Source: Saprospiraceae bacterium (GTDB taxonomy: Bacteria > Bacteroidota > Bacteroidia > Chitinophagales > Saprospiraceae). From it: DNA of 64,000 bases. The translations under genes were made by a program, and so were the position numbers. This document shows, in pieces, positions 19,301 to 29,134 of this stretch. Each line of letters opens with the position of its first letter. Positions within the stretch are counted from its first letter, which is position 1. A model generated the notes under the pieces. The model had not been told where the DNA came from and did not search any database. It saw nothing but the letters and a program-made list of their open reading frames with translations. The DNA is taken from assembly GCA_013214355.1 (NCBI GenBank), contig JABSSL010000029.1, forward strand, positions 13,626 through 77,625, in the 5' to 3' direction.

Positions 19301-19322
19301 TTTTAGTAAATTTTTACTAAAA
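19301..19322. promoter_or_regulatory. Perfect 10-bp inverted repeat upstream of coxM (candidate operator)
   Basis: TTTTAGTAAA-tt-TTTACTAAAA, about 78 bp upstream of the coxM ATG. Confidence 0.35.
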
Positions 19323-19399
19323 TTACATCATTATCTTTTATTCTTTCACAGAAAGCCCACTCATCCAAGCATTATTGGGCTTTTCAAATCCTTCAATAA

Positions 19400-20263
19400 A
19401 TGATACCTGCACCCTTTGAGTATGATGCACCAGCCACGCTGGATGAAGCTATCGCTCTTCTCGAGAAGCATGGTGATGAAGCCAAAATACTAGCGGGGGG
19501 TCACAGTCTCATTCCAATGATGAAGCTACGATTTGCTTCACCGGAGCATTTGATTGACATCAATAATATCCCGGGGCTTTCGTACATCAAGGAAGAAGAT
19601 GGCTACCTGAAGATAGGCGCCATGACCCGCGAATCAGAGCTAGAAGAAAGCGAAATCATCCGTAGCAAATATCCCATCTTTACGGATGCATCTAAGTTGA
19701 TTGCAGATCCTCAGGTCCGAAACATGGGTACTATTGGCGGAAACATTGCCCACGGTGATGCAGCCAATGACCATCCTGCCGTAATGCTTGCCTTGAAAGC
19801 CGAGGTAGTAGCCACCGGTCCAGGCGGCCAGCGTGTAATTCCCATCGACGAATTCTTCTACGGCTTTTACATGACCGCACTTCAACCCAACGAAATCTTA
19901 ACCGAAATTAGAATACCAAGTGTAGGAGCAGGTACGGGCAATGCCTATCACAAGTTAGAACGTAAAGTAGGTGATTACGCTACAGCCGGTGTTGCGGCAC
20001 AAATTGCGGTAGATGCTGATGGTATTTGCACCTATGCTGGAATTGGTCTTACCAATGTCAATGCCACTCCGCTCAGAGCGGCTAGATCCGAAGAAGCTTT
20101 AGTAGGTAAAAAACTTACTGAAGAGACTATTGCAGCTGCGGCACAAGCTGCTTCTGAGGATTGTAATCCTTCTACCGATTTACGAGGAAGTGAAGAATAC
20201 AAACGCTCTATGGTCCGCGTGCTTGTTAAGCGCATGATCAACAAGGCAACCGATCGAATTTAG
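19400..20263 (+). CDS. coxM: Aerobic CO dehydrogenase medium (FAD-binding) subunit
   Basis: 287 aa with an FAD_binding_5 pattern ([26 protein letters not shown]) and a CO_deh_flav_C tail. First gene of an M-S-L order. Confidence 0.9.
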   Translation: MIPAPFEYDAPATLDEAIALLEKHGDEAKILAGGHSLIPMMKLRFASPEHLIDINNIPGLSYIKEEDGYLKIGAMTRESELEESEIIRSKYPIFTDASKLIADPQVRNMGTIGGNIAHGDAANDHPAVMLALKAEVVATGPGGQRVIPIDEFFYGFYMTALQPNEILTEIRIPSVGAGTGNAYHKLERKVGDYATAGVAAQIAVDADGICTYAGIGLTNVNATPLRAARSEEALVGKKLTEETIAAAAQAASEDCNPSTDLRGSEEYKRSMVRVLVKRMINKATDRI

Positions 20264-20288
20264 GTCATATTTAAATTTCAATTTGATT

Positions 20289-20792
20289 ATGAAAAAAGAA
20301 ATAACTGTAACCATCAATGGAGAAGCTCATACAGTAGAAGTGGAGCCTCGCTTATTGTTGGTACACCTCATAAGAGAGCAGCTTAGCATGACCGGAACGC
20401 ATATCGGTTGTGATACTTCAAGTTGTGGAGCATGTACCATTTTAGTTGACGGGAAATCTATCAAATCCTGTACGATGTTGGCCATTCAAGCTGACGGAAA
20501 GTCAATTATCACAGTGGAAGGGCTAGCTACAGTAGAAGGGCTACATCCATTACAAGAAGGCTTTAAGGAAAACCACGGCTTGCACTGTGGCTTCTGCACT
20601 CCAGGCATGATGCTAAGAGCCGTAGAGCTATTGGAAAAGAATCCTAACCCTACCGAAGAGGAAATCCGTTGGGGCATCTCTGGAAATCTATGTCGCTGCA
20701 CAGGCTACAATAACATCGTGAAGGCCATCCAATATGCAGGTGCTAAGATTAGAGGGGAAGAGCTTCCTTCTACGGAGCCGGAATTCGTTTAG
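20289..20792 (+). CDS. coxS: Aerobic CO dehydrogenase small ([2Fe-2S]) subunit
   Basis: Two FeS motifs: [11 protein letters not shown] and CGFCTPGM...CRCTGY. Confidence 0.9.
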   Translation: MKKEITVTINGEAHTVEVEPRLLLVHLIREQLSMTGTHIGCDTSSCGACTILVDGKSIKSCTMLAIQADGKSIITVEGLATVEGLHPLQEGFKENHGLHCGFCTPGMMLRAVELLEKNPNPTEEEIRWGISGNLCRCTGYNNIVKAIQYAGAKIRGEELPSTEPEFV

Positions 20793-20815
20793 TTTAAATT
20801 GACAATTATCACATC

Positions 20816-23185
20816 ATGATAAAGTGTAAAACATCAAAGGCCATCGGAGGAATGGGTCACTCCATCAAGAGAAAGGAGGACGCTCGTTTTATCCAAGGCA
20901 AAGGCAATTATGTAGATGACATCAAATTGCCCGGCATGCTGCATATGGATATTGTTCGTAGCCCCTATGCTTATGCTAAAATCAAAAGCATCAATGCCGA
21001 GGAAGCGCTTAAGATTCCTGGCGTAATTGCGGTTGTGACAGGGAAAGATCTGGAAAAATACAATTTGCACTGGATGCCGACCCTAATGTCGGATACGCAA
21101 ATGGTATTGCCAACTGACACTGTGATGTACCAAGCTCAGGAAGTAGCGGCTGTTATTGCTACTGACCGCTATGCTGCACGAGATGGTAAAGAGGCTGTAA
21201 TGGTTGACTACGAGCCGATGAAGCCCGTCATTGATCCATTCAAGGCGCTGGATGAAGATGCCCCTGTCTTACGCACAGACAAGGAAGGAAAAACAGATAA
21301 TCACATCTGGAACTGGAGCGTGGGTGACAAGGAAGCTACAGATAAGCTGTTCGACTCCGCAGACGTAACCGTTAAGGAACAAATGCACATTCCTAGAATA
21401 CACGTTGCTTCCATCGAAACCTGTGGTTGTGTGGCTGACTACAATAAAGTAGAGAACCACTTGACCATGTACATGACTACTCAAGCACCTCACGCTATTC
21501 GTACCGTGATTGCATTAGTAGCTGGACATGTAGGCTTGACAGAAGAAAAAGTTCGGGTCATTTCTCCTGATATTGGAGGAGGATTCGGTGGTAAGGTACC
21601 TGTATATCCAGGTTACGTAATCGCCATTGCTGTTTCCTTCCTAGTTGGAAAGCCCGTCAAATGGGTAGAGGATAGAAGCGAAAACCTACAGGCCGATTCC
21701 TTCGCACGAGACTACCACATCACCGCCGAAATGGCCGCTACTAAAGAAGGTAAAATCCAAGGTATCCGATTTAAGCTCTTAGCAGACCATGGATATACCG
21801 ATGCAGCAGCCAATCCTTCTAAGTTTCCAACCGGTCTCTTCTCGATCTGTACAGGATCTTATGACTATGGTACAGCTTATCTTGAAGCTGATGCAGTATA
21901 CACGAACAAGCCTCCAGGAGGAGTAGCCTATCGTTGTTCTTTCCGGGTAACCGAAGCCGTACACGCCATTGAAAGGATTACCGATCGTCTAGCCCTAGAG
22001 ATTGGTAAAGACCCCGCCCAATTGCGTTTTGAAAATTTCATCAAGAAAGAAGACTTCCCTTGGAAATCTCCAACAGGCTGGGAATACGATAGTGGTGATT
22101 ACCATGCTGGATTACAGAAGGCAATGGATGCTATCGACTATGAGGGTCTTCGTAAAGAGCAGGCTGAAAAGAGAGCTCGCGGAGAAATGATGGGTATCGG
22201 TATATCTACTTTTACGGAGATTGTAGGTGCAGGTCCATCTAAAGATTTCGATATCCTGGGTATTAAGATGTTCGATAGTGCTGAGATTCGTGTACACCCA
22301 ACGGGCAAAGCCATTGCTAGATTTGGTACCAAATCACAAGGACAAGGTCACGAGACTACTTATGCACAGATCATCGCGGAAGAATTAGGTATTCCAGCGG
22401 AGCATATTCAAATTGAAGAAGGCGATACAGATACCGCTCCTTATGGACTGGGTACCTACGCCAGTAGAAGTACACCAACCGCAGGTGCAGCCGCAGCCGT
22501 GGCCGCGCGAAAGTTGAGAGACAAAGCCCGTAAAATCGCCGCTTACCTTCTGGAAGTAAGTGAAGAGGACTTGGAATGGGAACCTGGTAAATTCTTTGTA
22601 AAAGGAGCACCAGAAAAAGCAAAAACTATCCAAGAAATTGTTTTTGCTGCCTACACCAACCATCCACAAGGTATGGAAGCTGGTTTTGAGGCTACTCACT
22701 ACTATGATCCACCAAACTTAACCTTCCCATCAGGTGCCTATATCTGTGTCGTGGACATTGATAAGGAAACTTGCGAAATCAAAGTTCGACGTTTCGTAGC
22801 GATTGATGACTGCGGGAACATCATTAATCCAATGATCGTACAGGGTCAGGTACATGGGGGGCTTACCCAAGGCATTGCACCAGCCATGTATGAAGAGTTA
22901 ATCTACGACGAAGATGGCAATATTCTAAATGGTACCCTAATGGACTACCTAGTACCAACCGCGGTAGAATCTCCAAGTTGGGAAACGGGTCACACCATCA
23001 CTCCTTCTCCTCACCACCCAATCGGTGCAAAAGGTGTCGGAGAATCTCCAACGGTAGGGGCTCCACCAGCTATCGCGAACGCGATTGTCGATGCATTGAG
23101 CCCTTATGGCATTACACACATGGATATTCCGATCACTCCTTATAAGGTGTGGAAAGTACTGAAAGAGAAAGGAGTTGTAGAATAA
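20816..23185 (+). CDS. coxL: Aerobic CO dehydrogenase large (Mo-Cu) subunit, form I
   Basis: 789 aa with GMGHSIKRKEDARFIQGKGNYVDD at the N-terminus. The form-I active-site loop VAYRCSFR is at 21926-21946. Confidence 0.9.
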   Translation: MIKCKTSKAIGGMGHSIKRKEDARFIQGKGNYVDDIKLPGMLHMDIVRSPYAYAKIKSINAEEALKIPGVIAVVTGKDLEKYNLHWMPTLMSDTQMVLPTDTVMYQAQEVAAVIATDRYAARDGKEAVMVDYEPMKPVIDPFKALDEDAPVLRTDKEGKTDNHIWNWSVGDKEATDKLFDSADVTVKEQMHIPRIHVASIETCGCVADYNKVENHLTMYMTTQAPHAIRTVIALVAGHVGLTEEKVRVISPDIGGGFGGKVPVYPGYVIAIAVSFLVGKPVKWVEDRSENLQADSFARDYHITAEMAATKEGKIQGIRFKLLADHGYTDAAANPSKFPTGLFSICTGSYDYGTAYLEADAVYTNKPPGGVAYRCSFRVTEAVHAIERITDRLALEIGKDPAQLRFENFIKKEDFPWKSPTGWEYDSGDYHAGLQKAMDAIDYEGLRKEQAEKRARGEMMGIGISTFTEIVGAGPSKDFDILGIKMFDSAEIRVHPTGKAIARFGTKSQGQGHETTYAQIIAEELGIPAEHIQIEEGDTDTAPYGLGTYASRSTPTAGAAAAVAARKLRDKARKIAAYLLEVSEEDLEWEPGKFFVKGAPEKAKTIQEIVFAAYTNHPQGMEAGFEATHYYDPPNLTFPSGAYICVVDIDKETCEIKVRRFVAIDDCGNIINPMIVQGQVHGGLTQGIAPAMYEELIYDEDGNILNGTLMDYLVPTAVESPSWETGHTITPSPHHPIGAKGVGESPTVGAPPAIANAIVDALSPYGITHMDIPITPYKVWKVLKEKGVVE

Positions 23186-23240
23186 AAATCTATTCATATG
23201 GAGGGAGAGTCATAGGCTCTCTCTCCCTAGCTTAAGAAAT

Positions 23241-23828
23241 ATGAGAACGACAATAAAAAAAGATTTTTCCGTAGAAGAACCGATTGAAAAGGTTTGGGAT
23301 TATCTAGCTAACCCTACTAAGATTGTCAGCTGTGTTCCTGGTGCTGCCATCACAGAAGAAATCGACGATCGCAATTTCAAAGGGGAAGTCACCATGAAAT
23401 TTGGGCCAGTAAAGGCTAAATATAGTGGAGAAATCGCCATCCAAGAATTAGACCTGGAAGCCAAGAAAATGGTCATGAAAGGCCGTGGCTTGGATTCCAA
23501 AGGAAAAGGTAGTGCCGACATGATTATGAATGGCAACCTTACGCCTACGGAGAAAGGAACTGATGTTCAATTCTCAATGGAAGTATCCATTATCGGAATG
23601 CTAGCTCAATTTGGATCTCGCTTAATCAATGATGTATCCGATCAGTTGCTGAATCAATTTGTCACCAATTTCAAGGCTAAATTGGCGGGTGCCGAAGAAG
23701 TTGACAATAGCATTAACGCCGGTGCTATGGTTGGTACAATTGTGAAAAACAAAATTGGCGGCTTGTTTAGTGGCAAGAAGGATAAGGCACAGGAAGAACA
23801 AAAGCCAAAGGAAGAAGCTAGCAAATGA
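23241..23828 (+). CDS. coxG: CoxG-like SRPBCC protein
   Basis: SRPBCC/CoxG-like N-terminal domain with a Lys/Glu-rich tail. Its position directly after coxL supports the call. Confidence 0.75.
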   Translation: MRTTIKKDFSVEEPIEKVWDYLANPTKIVSCVPGAAITEEIDDRNFKGEVTMKFGPVKAKYSGEIAIQELDLEAKKMVMKGRGLDSKGKGSADMIMNGNLTPTEKGTDVQFSMEVSIIGMLAQFGSRLINDVSDQLLNQFVTNFKAKLAGAEEVDNSINAGAMVGTIVKNKIGGLFSGKKDKAQEEQKPKEEASK

Positions 23829-24700
23829 CAAATACGAGTTCAATTCAACAAGAATTTGATCAGTTTGGCTATGTACTGGATGAGGAATTGGCAACGGTCC
23901 TATTCCTCACCTTACATTTACAGAAACCATTATTACTGGAAGGGCCTCCTGGTGTTGGTAAGACGGAAGTAGCCAACGTCCTGGCCCAAGCTTTAGATAC
24001 GCAACTGATCCGCCTTCAATGTTACGAAGGCCTGGATGTAAATGCAGCTGTATACGAGTGGAACTACCAGAAGCAGCTGTTGTCCATAAAGCTTCAAGAA
24101 GGATCGCAAAAATCTGAGGCAGAAAAGGAGTCTCACATTTTTGGAGAGGATTTTTTGCTTCAACGTCCTTTGCTCCGGGCCATTACGGCTACCGAGAAGT
24201 CCCCGGTTTTACTTATTGACGAAATAGATCGAGCTGACGAAGAGTTCGAAGCCTTTTTACTAGAACTCCTGTCCGCTTTCCAAATTAGTATACCGGAAAT
24301 GGGGACGATCAAAGCCACACATAAGCCTTTGGTCATCCTCACTTCCAACCGAACACGGGAGTTAAGCGACGCCCTAAAACGACGCTGCCTATATCACTGG
24401 GTGTCTTACCCGGATCTTCCACGAGAACTACGGATTGTGCAGAAACATCTGCCTCAATTAGACAAACAGCTATCCGAAAATCTAGTGCGGATTGTGCAGG
24501 TACTGAGAGAACGAAAGTTAAACAAAGTACCTGGCATTGCCGAGACCTTGGATTGGGTCAACGCATTGGTGGCCTTACAAGCTACTAATCCCAATGCGGA
24601 TGATTTAGCGCGTAGTTTAGGTTGTCTGCTGAAGTCAGCAGATGATATCGAAATGGTTAAAGCGAGTGGGCTAGAAGAGTTACTCGCCGTATCTGAATAA
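23825..24700 (+). CDS. coxD: MoxR-type AAA+ ATPase CoxD
   Basis: Walker A LLEGPPGVGKT and Walker B VLLIDEIDRA. A 4-nt overlap joins it to coxG. Confidence 0.85.
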   Translation: MTNTSSIQQEFDQFGYVLDEELATVLFLTLHLQKPLLLEGPPGVGKTEVANVLAQALDTQLIRLQCYEGLDVNAAVYEWNYQKQLLSIKLQEGSQKSEAEKESHIFGEDFLLQRPLLRAITATEKSPVLLIDEIDRADEEFEAFLLELLSAFQISIPEMGTIKATHKPLVILTSNRTRELSDALKRRCLYHWVSYPDLPRELRIVQKHLPQLDKQLSENLVRIVQVLRERKLNKVPGIAETLDWVNALVALQATNPNADDLARSLGCLLKSADDIEMVKASGLEELLAVSE

Positions 24701-24707
24701 AGCAGCC

Positions 24708-25853
24708 ATGGCCGACTATCCACATTTCACCCAATTCGAAAGTCTCCCAGAAGCCGTAACAGCATTCTGCCAGTTGGCCAGAGAAAACGGGTTAAATGTG
24801 GGGCTACAAGAGAATATGGATGCGCTTCGTATGGCTCAGCTAGAGCCCTTGAATGATCGCATTGCTTTCGGGTATGCCTTAAAGGCCATCTGCTGCTGTA
24901 GCGAAGAAGAAAGGGCACAGTTTGATACGCTGTACGAATGGTTTTGGGGATGGGAAAAAGGAGCCTTGAAAGCCAAAACGGTTTTCAAGAACCAATCCAA
25001 TATCCAAAAGAAAACACCTGCATCTCTAGTTATGATGGGGGTGGGTCAGCAGCAAGCTGGCCAGGAAGAAGAAGCTAGAAATGTTTCGGGTGCCAATAGA
25101 GTCGAAAGACTTCGCAAGACTGACTTCTCGAAGATCGAGGAAATGGATAGCGAACTGCTAGAGGAAATTGCTTTGAAGTTATGGAAGCAAATGAGTCTGC
25201 GGTTAAAACGCAAAATGAAGGCTTCTACCACCAAAGGACCGCTTAACCTGCGACAGATTATCCGATACAGCATCAGCACAGGAGGAGACCCTATTCGCTT
25301 ATTTCGGAAGAACAAAAAACCACGCAAGCAGCGGCTAATTGTGCTTTTGGATGTGAGTGGGTCAATGGATAAATACAGCTTTTTCCTTTTGCGATTCATC
25401 TGTGCCTTACGAGTTCATTTCGAAAAGGTAGAGGCATTTCTATTCAGCACCAATTTGATACGGATTACCGAATATCTTTCCGCCAGCAATCTAGCTACAA
25501 CCCTAAACATACTGTCAGCAAAGGCGGATAATTGGTCAAGCGGCACAAAAATTGGAGCATGCTTTCGGGATTTCAATGAGGAGCACGCAAAACGAATGCT
25601 AAATGGCCAATCCACCGTCATCATATTAAGTGATGGTCTAGATACCGGAGAACCGGAAGTACTTTATGAAGAGGTGCAAAAAATACGCAGGCGCACCAAA
25701 CGCCTGATTTGGCTGAATCCCCTAAAAGGGATGAGAGGATACGAACCTACCCAGAGAGGTATGAAGGCGGCCTTACCAGCCGTGGACATTTTTAAATCTG
25801 CCCACAACCTGGACAGCATTTTAGAATTGGAAAAATTCCTATTGGATGTTTAA
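24708..25853 (+). CDS. coxE: VWA-domain protein CoxE
   Basis: C-terminal VWA domain with the MIDAS motif LLDVSGSMD. Its position after coxD supports the call. Confidence 0.8.
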   Translation: MADYPHFTQFESLPEAVTAFCQLARENGLNVGLQENMDALRMAQLEPLNDRIAFGYALKAICCCSEEERAQFDTLYEWFWGWEKGALKAKTVFKNQSNIQKKTPASLVMMGVGQQQAGQEEEARNVSGANRVERLRKTDFSKIEEMDSELLEEIALKLWKQMSLRLKRKMKASTTKGPLNLRQIIRYSISTGGDPIRLFRKNKKPRKQRLIVLLDVSGSMDKYSFFLLRFICALRVHFEKVEAFLFSTNLIRITEYLSASNLATTLNILSAKADNWSSGTKIGACFRDFNEEHAKRMLNGQSTVIILSDGLDTGEPEVLYEEVQKIRRRTKRLIWLNPLKGMRGYEPTQRGMKAALPAVDIFKSAHNLDSILELEKFLLDV

Positions 25854-26835
25854 TGAATTTCTGACAGCAACGGAGTCCCTTTATAAAGAAAAAGAGCCAT
25901 TCGCTTGGGCTTTTATCATCAACCGAACGATCCCCTCCTCGGGTAAGCCGGGAGATAAGGCCATCATCAAGCGGGATGGAACTTTGATCGGCTGGATTGG
26001 CGGAGGGTGCACCCGGGGTATTGTGCTCAAAGAGGCCCAAGCGGCCATCAATGATGGGAAACCACGCTTGGTGAAAATCGCCCCTGATCAAACAGAAGAG
26101 CAGAAAGCCGGTGTTCAAACTTATACCATGACCTGTCAAAGCGGAGGAGCTGTGGAAGTATACATAGAACCAGTTTTACCACGTCCCCATCTAGTAATTA
26201 TGGGGAAATCACATGTAGCCATGGCCTTGGCCAAATTGGGAAAAGCTATGGATTATCAAGTATCTGTGGTCGCCTCCCATGCAGATAAGGTGAGCTTCCC
26301 TACCGCAGACCAGATCATGGATAGCCAGGAGTTACCAGCCGAACATATCCAGCCCAACTCCTGTATTATCGTTTCCACCCAAGGGGAAGGAGATGAAATT
26401 GCTTTAGAACAAGCTATTAAGTCAAAACCCATATACCTTGCTTTCGTAGCCAGTATGCGTAAAGCGAACGCCATTTTTACCGAGTTGCGACAAAGAGGAA
26501 TAACTTTTGACCAACTAAAGGGTATCAAAACCCCTGCAGGCTTGGATATCAAAGCCAAATTACCAGAAGAAGTGGCGGTTAGTATTCTGGCAGAAATCAT
26601 ACAATTAATTCGGGGAGAGGAGATTCAAATCGAGGTGGGAGAGGCTCAGCCGCCTGCACAATCTGCTCAATTAAATGAGGATCTATTCATCAATCCTGTA
26701 TGTGGGATACCTGTACAAAAAAGTACAGCTAAACATATCTTGGAATACCAGGGAAAAAAGGTTTATTTTTGTTGCGATGGCTGTAAGGTGAGTTTTGAAA
26801 AAGAACCCGAAAAATACGCTATGAAATTGGAATAG
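25846..26835 (+). CDS. coxF: CoxF-like XdhC-family protein fused to a C-terminal YHS/TRASH-type metal-binding domain
   Basis: XdhC_CoxI N-terminus (GKPGDKAII..GWIGGGCTRG), Rossmann domain (LVIMGKSHVAMAL), and a YHS domain NPVCGIPV...YQGKKVYFCCDGCKVSFEKEPEKY at 26692-26832. Confidence 0.8.
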   Translation: MFNEFLTATESLYKEKEPFAWAFIINRTIPSSGKPGDKAIIKRDGTLIGWIGGGCTRGIVLKEAQAAINDGKPRLVKIAPDQTEEQKAGVQTYTMTCQSGGAVEVYIEPVLPRPHLVIMGKSHVAMALAKLGKAMDYQVSVVASHADKVSFPTADQIMDSQELPAEHIQPNSCIIVSTQGEGDEIALEQAIKSKPIYLAFVASMRKANAIFTELRQRGITFDQLKGIKTPAGLDIKAKLPEEVAVSILAEIIQLIRGEEIQIEVGEAQPPAQSAQLNEDLFINPVCGIPVQKSTAKHILEYQGKKVYFCCDGCKVSFEKEPEKYAMKLE

Positions 26836-26840
26836 ATCAC

Positions 26841-27473
26841 ATGAAAAATACCAAGCAAAAGATATTAGACGCCGCTCTTTCCTTATTTAATCGTGATGGG
26901 TATGTCAATGTAAGACTACAACATATAGCGGATAAAGCAGGAATGAGCATTGGAAACCAAGGGTATCATTTCAAGCACAAAGAGGAAATGTTACTAGCCA
27001 TTTATCAAGGATTGAGCGCAGAGCAGCGAAAACTACTAACAGACACCAGCCTTAGTCCAATCTTCGCTAATTTTGATTTTTTCATATCATCCCTTTTTGA
27101 ACTTCAACAAAAATTTGCGTTTTTCTATCTAGATATGCTCGAATTGACTCGGGCAAATGAGCAATTAAAATCCCAACAACAAGAACTAATTCAGTGGCAA
27201 CAAACTCAGTTGACCCTATTGCTAGAAATGCATCAAGCTAGAGGTGTCCTTAACTGGGAAGATTCAGACGTTAGTTTGGAAGAAACAGCACAGCATGTGT
27301 GGCGCATAATGGATTTCTGGCTCATTATGCAAAAGGTAGAGGGAAAGAATACAGCTGACTTTCAGGCCTACCGACGGAGTGTGTGGGGAGTAGTCAAACC
27401 CTTCTTCACGGGGCAAGGCGTCATTGAGTTTGATCAACTAAATGCTTTACAAGAACCCATTAAACTAAGCTAA
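26841..27473 (+). CDS. TetR-family transcriptional regulator
   Basis: N-terminal TetR HTH (KQKILDAALSLFNRDGYVNVRLQHIADKAGMSIGNQGYHFKHKEEM). Confidence 0.85.
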   Translation: MKNTKQKILDAALSLFNRDGYVNVRLQHIADKAGMSIGNQGYHFKHKEEMLLAIYQGLSAEQRKLLTDTSLSPIFANFDFFISSLFELQQKFAFFYLDMLELTRANEQLKSQQQELIQWQQTQLTLLLEMHQARGVLNWEDSDVSLEETAQHVWRIMDFWLIMQKVEGKNTADFQAYRRSVWGVVKPFFTGQGVIEFDQLNALQEPIKLS

Positions 27474-27477
27474 GTCC

Positions 27478-28956
27478 ATGACAGGCGTAAGTGCAACGAC
27501 GATTGCAGGCCAAGTAGAAAAAGAGTTGGAAGCCGATGTGTACATCAATCGCAACGGGCAAGTCATGCGTGCTACCCTAAGATCTGGTTTGTACCAGGGG
27601 GATAAGGGAATTTTGATGGAACAACGGCCGGAAGCTGCCTGTAGACTTACTGCGCATTTATTTGGTTTTTGTGGAGGATCTCATCAGCAAGCGGCCGCCA
27701 AGGCCTTGGAGAATGCATGGAACATTGAAGGAATGCCTGCGAATGCCATTTTGCTACGCCAGATCACGCAGGCCGCCGAGATCATGCAAAATATACCGCG
27801 TTGGTTCTATTCCAACTTTGCCCATGATCTCACCAGTACAAAATATAGCCAAACCCTACTCTACCCTGCTATAGTTGAACGTTTTGCCTTTATCAAAGGC
27901 TCCTCCTTTCGCAAAGGACTCATGGCAAGTGCCTATCCCATCAGCTTGTATTCTACCATCGCGGGCCAATGGCCCCAAGCAGATTTTGCTACTCCTGGTG
28001 GAGTTTCGACAAATTTCCAGGTACAAAACCTCAGCCAAGCCTTTTCTATATTAGAAAAATATCGCTCAGAGTGGCTGGAGCCAGTTTGGTTGGGATGCAG
28101 TGTAGAGCGTTATCTGCAAATTCAAACTTGGCAGGAACTCATGGAATGGCTGGAGGAAAAACCTGCTCATCGAAATAGTGATCTTGGCTTATTTGTCAGA
28201 GGAGCGCTGGGCTACAATTGGGATAAAATAGGAGCTGGTATTGGTAAATTTCTTTCCTATGGCCTCTATGGAGAGTCAATGCTATCACCCGCCGGAGCTG
28301 CGGAAGCTCAATCGGTTCCAGGCGGTTTCTACAATGGTCAGACTATTGAACAGGTAGATGCCATGCTGATCAGGGCGGAGATGGAAAAGGGAAATGCCCA
28401 TTTCCAATACCAAAATCAAATGGTTGAAGTAGGTCCCTTGGCACGTCAAGTACTCGCTTGTCAAGGTCCTGATCGGACACAGGCACCAACGGGCTTAATT
28501 TGGGATATATTACAAGAAAAAGGGCCAAGTGTGTTTCTACGCGTCTTAGCGCGTATGCACGAATCGGCTTTCTTTTTCCAAAAAATCCAACATTGGCTTT
28601 CTAAACTTGATCTTTCCGAAAATTTCAATGTAGATTTCAGTAGGTACAAACAAAGCATGATGGGCTTGGGACTCACTGAAGCCCCCCGAGGTGCGCTCGC
28701 ACATTTAACGACTACGAATAGCCAACAGATAGAAGGGTATCAAATCTTAGCCCCTACACTAGTTAATATCAACAATGGTACAAAACCCAAGGAGCAATCA
28801 GCCTTAGCTGTGGCTCTGAACGGACTTATTATAGAAAATCTAGAGAACCCGGTAGAGGTAGCTACCATAGCTCGATCCCTAGATACCTGTCTCAATTGTA
28901 AAGTGAATTTGTATAAGCACCGATCCGAAAAACAGATTGCCACCATAGCCCTGTAG
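27478..28956 (+). CDS. [NiFe]-hydrogenase large-subunit homologue with degenerate active-site ligands (orphan, no small subunit)
   Basis: Canonical GLTEAPRGALAH and a C-terminal IARSLDTCLNC (compare DPCxxCxxH). The N-terminal RxCGxCxxxH motif reads GFCGGSHQQA, and RIEGH reads TIAGQ. Confidence 0.75.
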   Translation: MTGVSATTIAGQVEKELEADVYINRNGQVMRATLRSGLYQGDKGILMEQRPEAACRLTAHLFGFCGGSHQQAAAKALENAWNIEGMPANAILLRQITQAAEIMQNIPRWFYSNFAHDLTSTKYSQTLLYPAIVERFAFIKGSSFRKGLMASAYPISLYSTIAGQWPQADFATPGGVSTNFQVQNLSQAFSILEKYRSEWLEPVWLGCSVERYLQIQTWQELMEWLEEKPAHRNSDLGLFVRGALGYNWDKIGAGIGKFLSYGLYGESMLSPAGAAEAQSVPGGFYNGQTIEQVDAMLIRAEMEKGNAHFQYQNQMVEVGPLARQVLACQGPDRTQAPTGLIWDILQEKGPSVFLRVLARMHESAFFFQKIQHWLSKLDLSENFNVDFSRYKQSMMGLGLTEAPRGALAHLTTTNSQQIEGYQILAPTLVNINNGTKPKEQSALAVALNGLIIENLENPVEVATIARSLDTCLNCKVNLYKHRSEKQIATIAL

Positions 28957-28999
28957 TCTTAAAAGAGCCCTTTATCCCCTAAAATGCCTCTTTTAAGAC
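28956..28999 (+). other. Perfect 12-bp stem hairpin immediately after the hydrogenase-like gene
   Basis: gtcttaaaagag (28956-28967) pairs with ctcttttaagac (28988-28999), leaving a 20-nt loop. No T-tract follows. Confidence 0.4.
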
Positions 29000-29134
29000 A
29001 ACTTACAACCGTAACTGATCCTGGAATTTTAAAATATTCTATAGTTTAAGAACAATTTTCCATCATAAGTTTTATAGTAGAGGCATTTGCCAAAACATAT
29101 AATACCTTTGAGGGTGGATAAACAAAACTGCCTT

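Noticed and set aside
27478-28956. Annotating the ORF as a functional uptake or bidirectional [NiFe] hydrogenase.
   Set aside because: One of the four metal-ligating cysteines and several catalytic motif residues are substituted. No small subunit, endopeptidase or Ni-insertion genes are present in the window, so a standard hydrogenase call is not supported.
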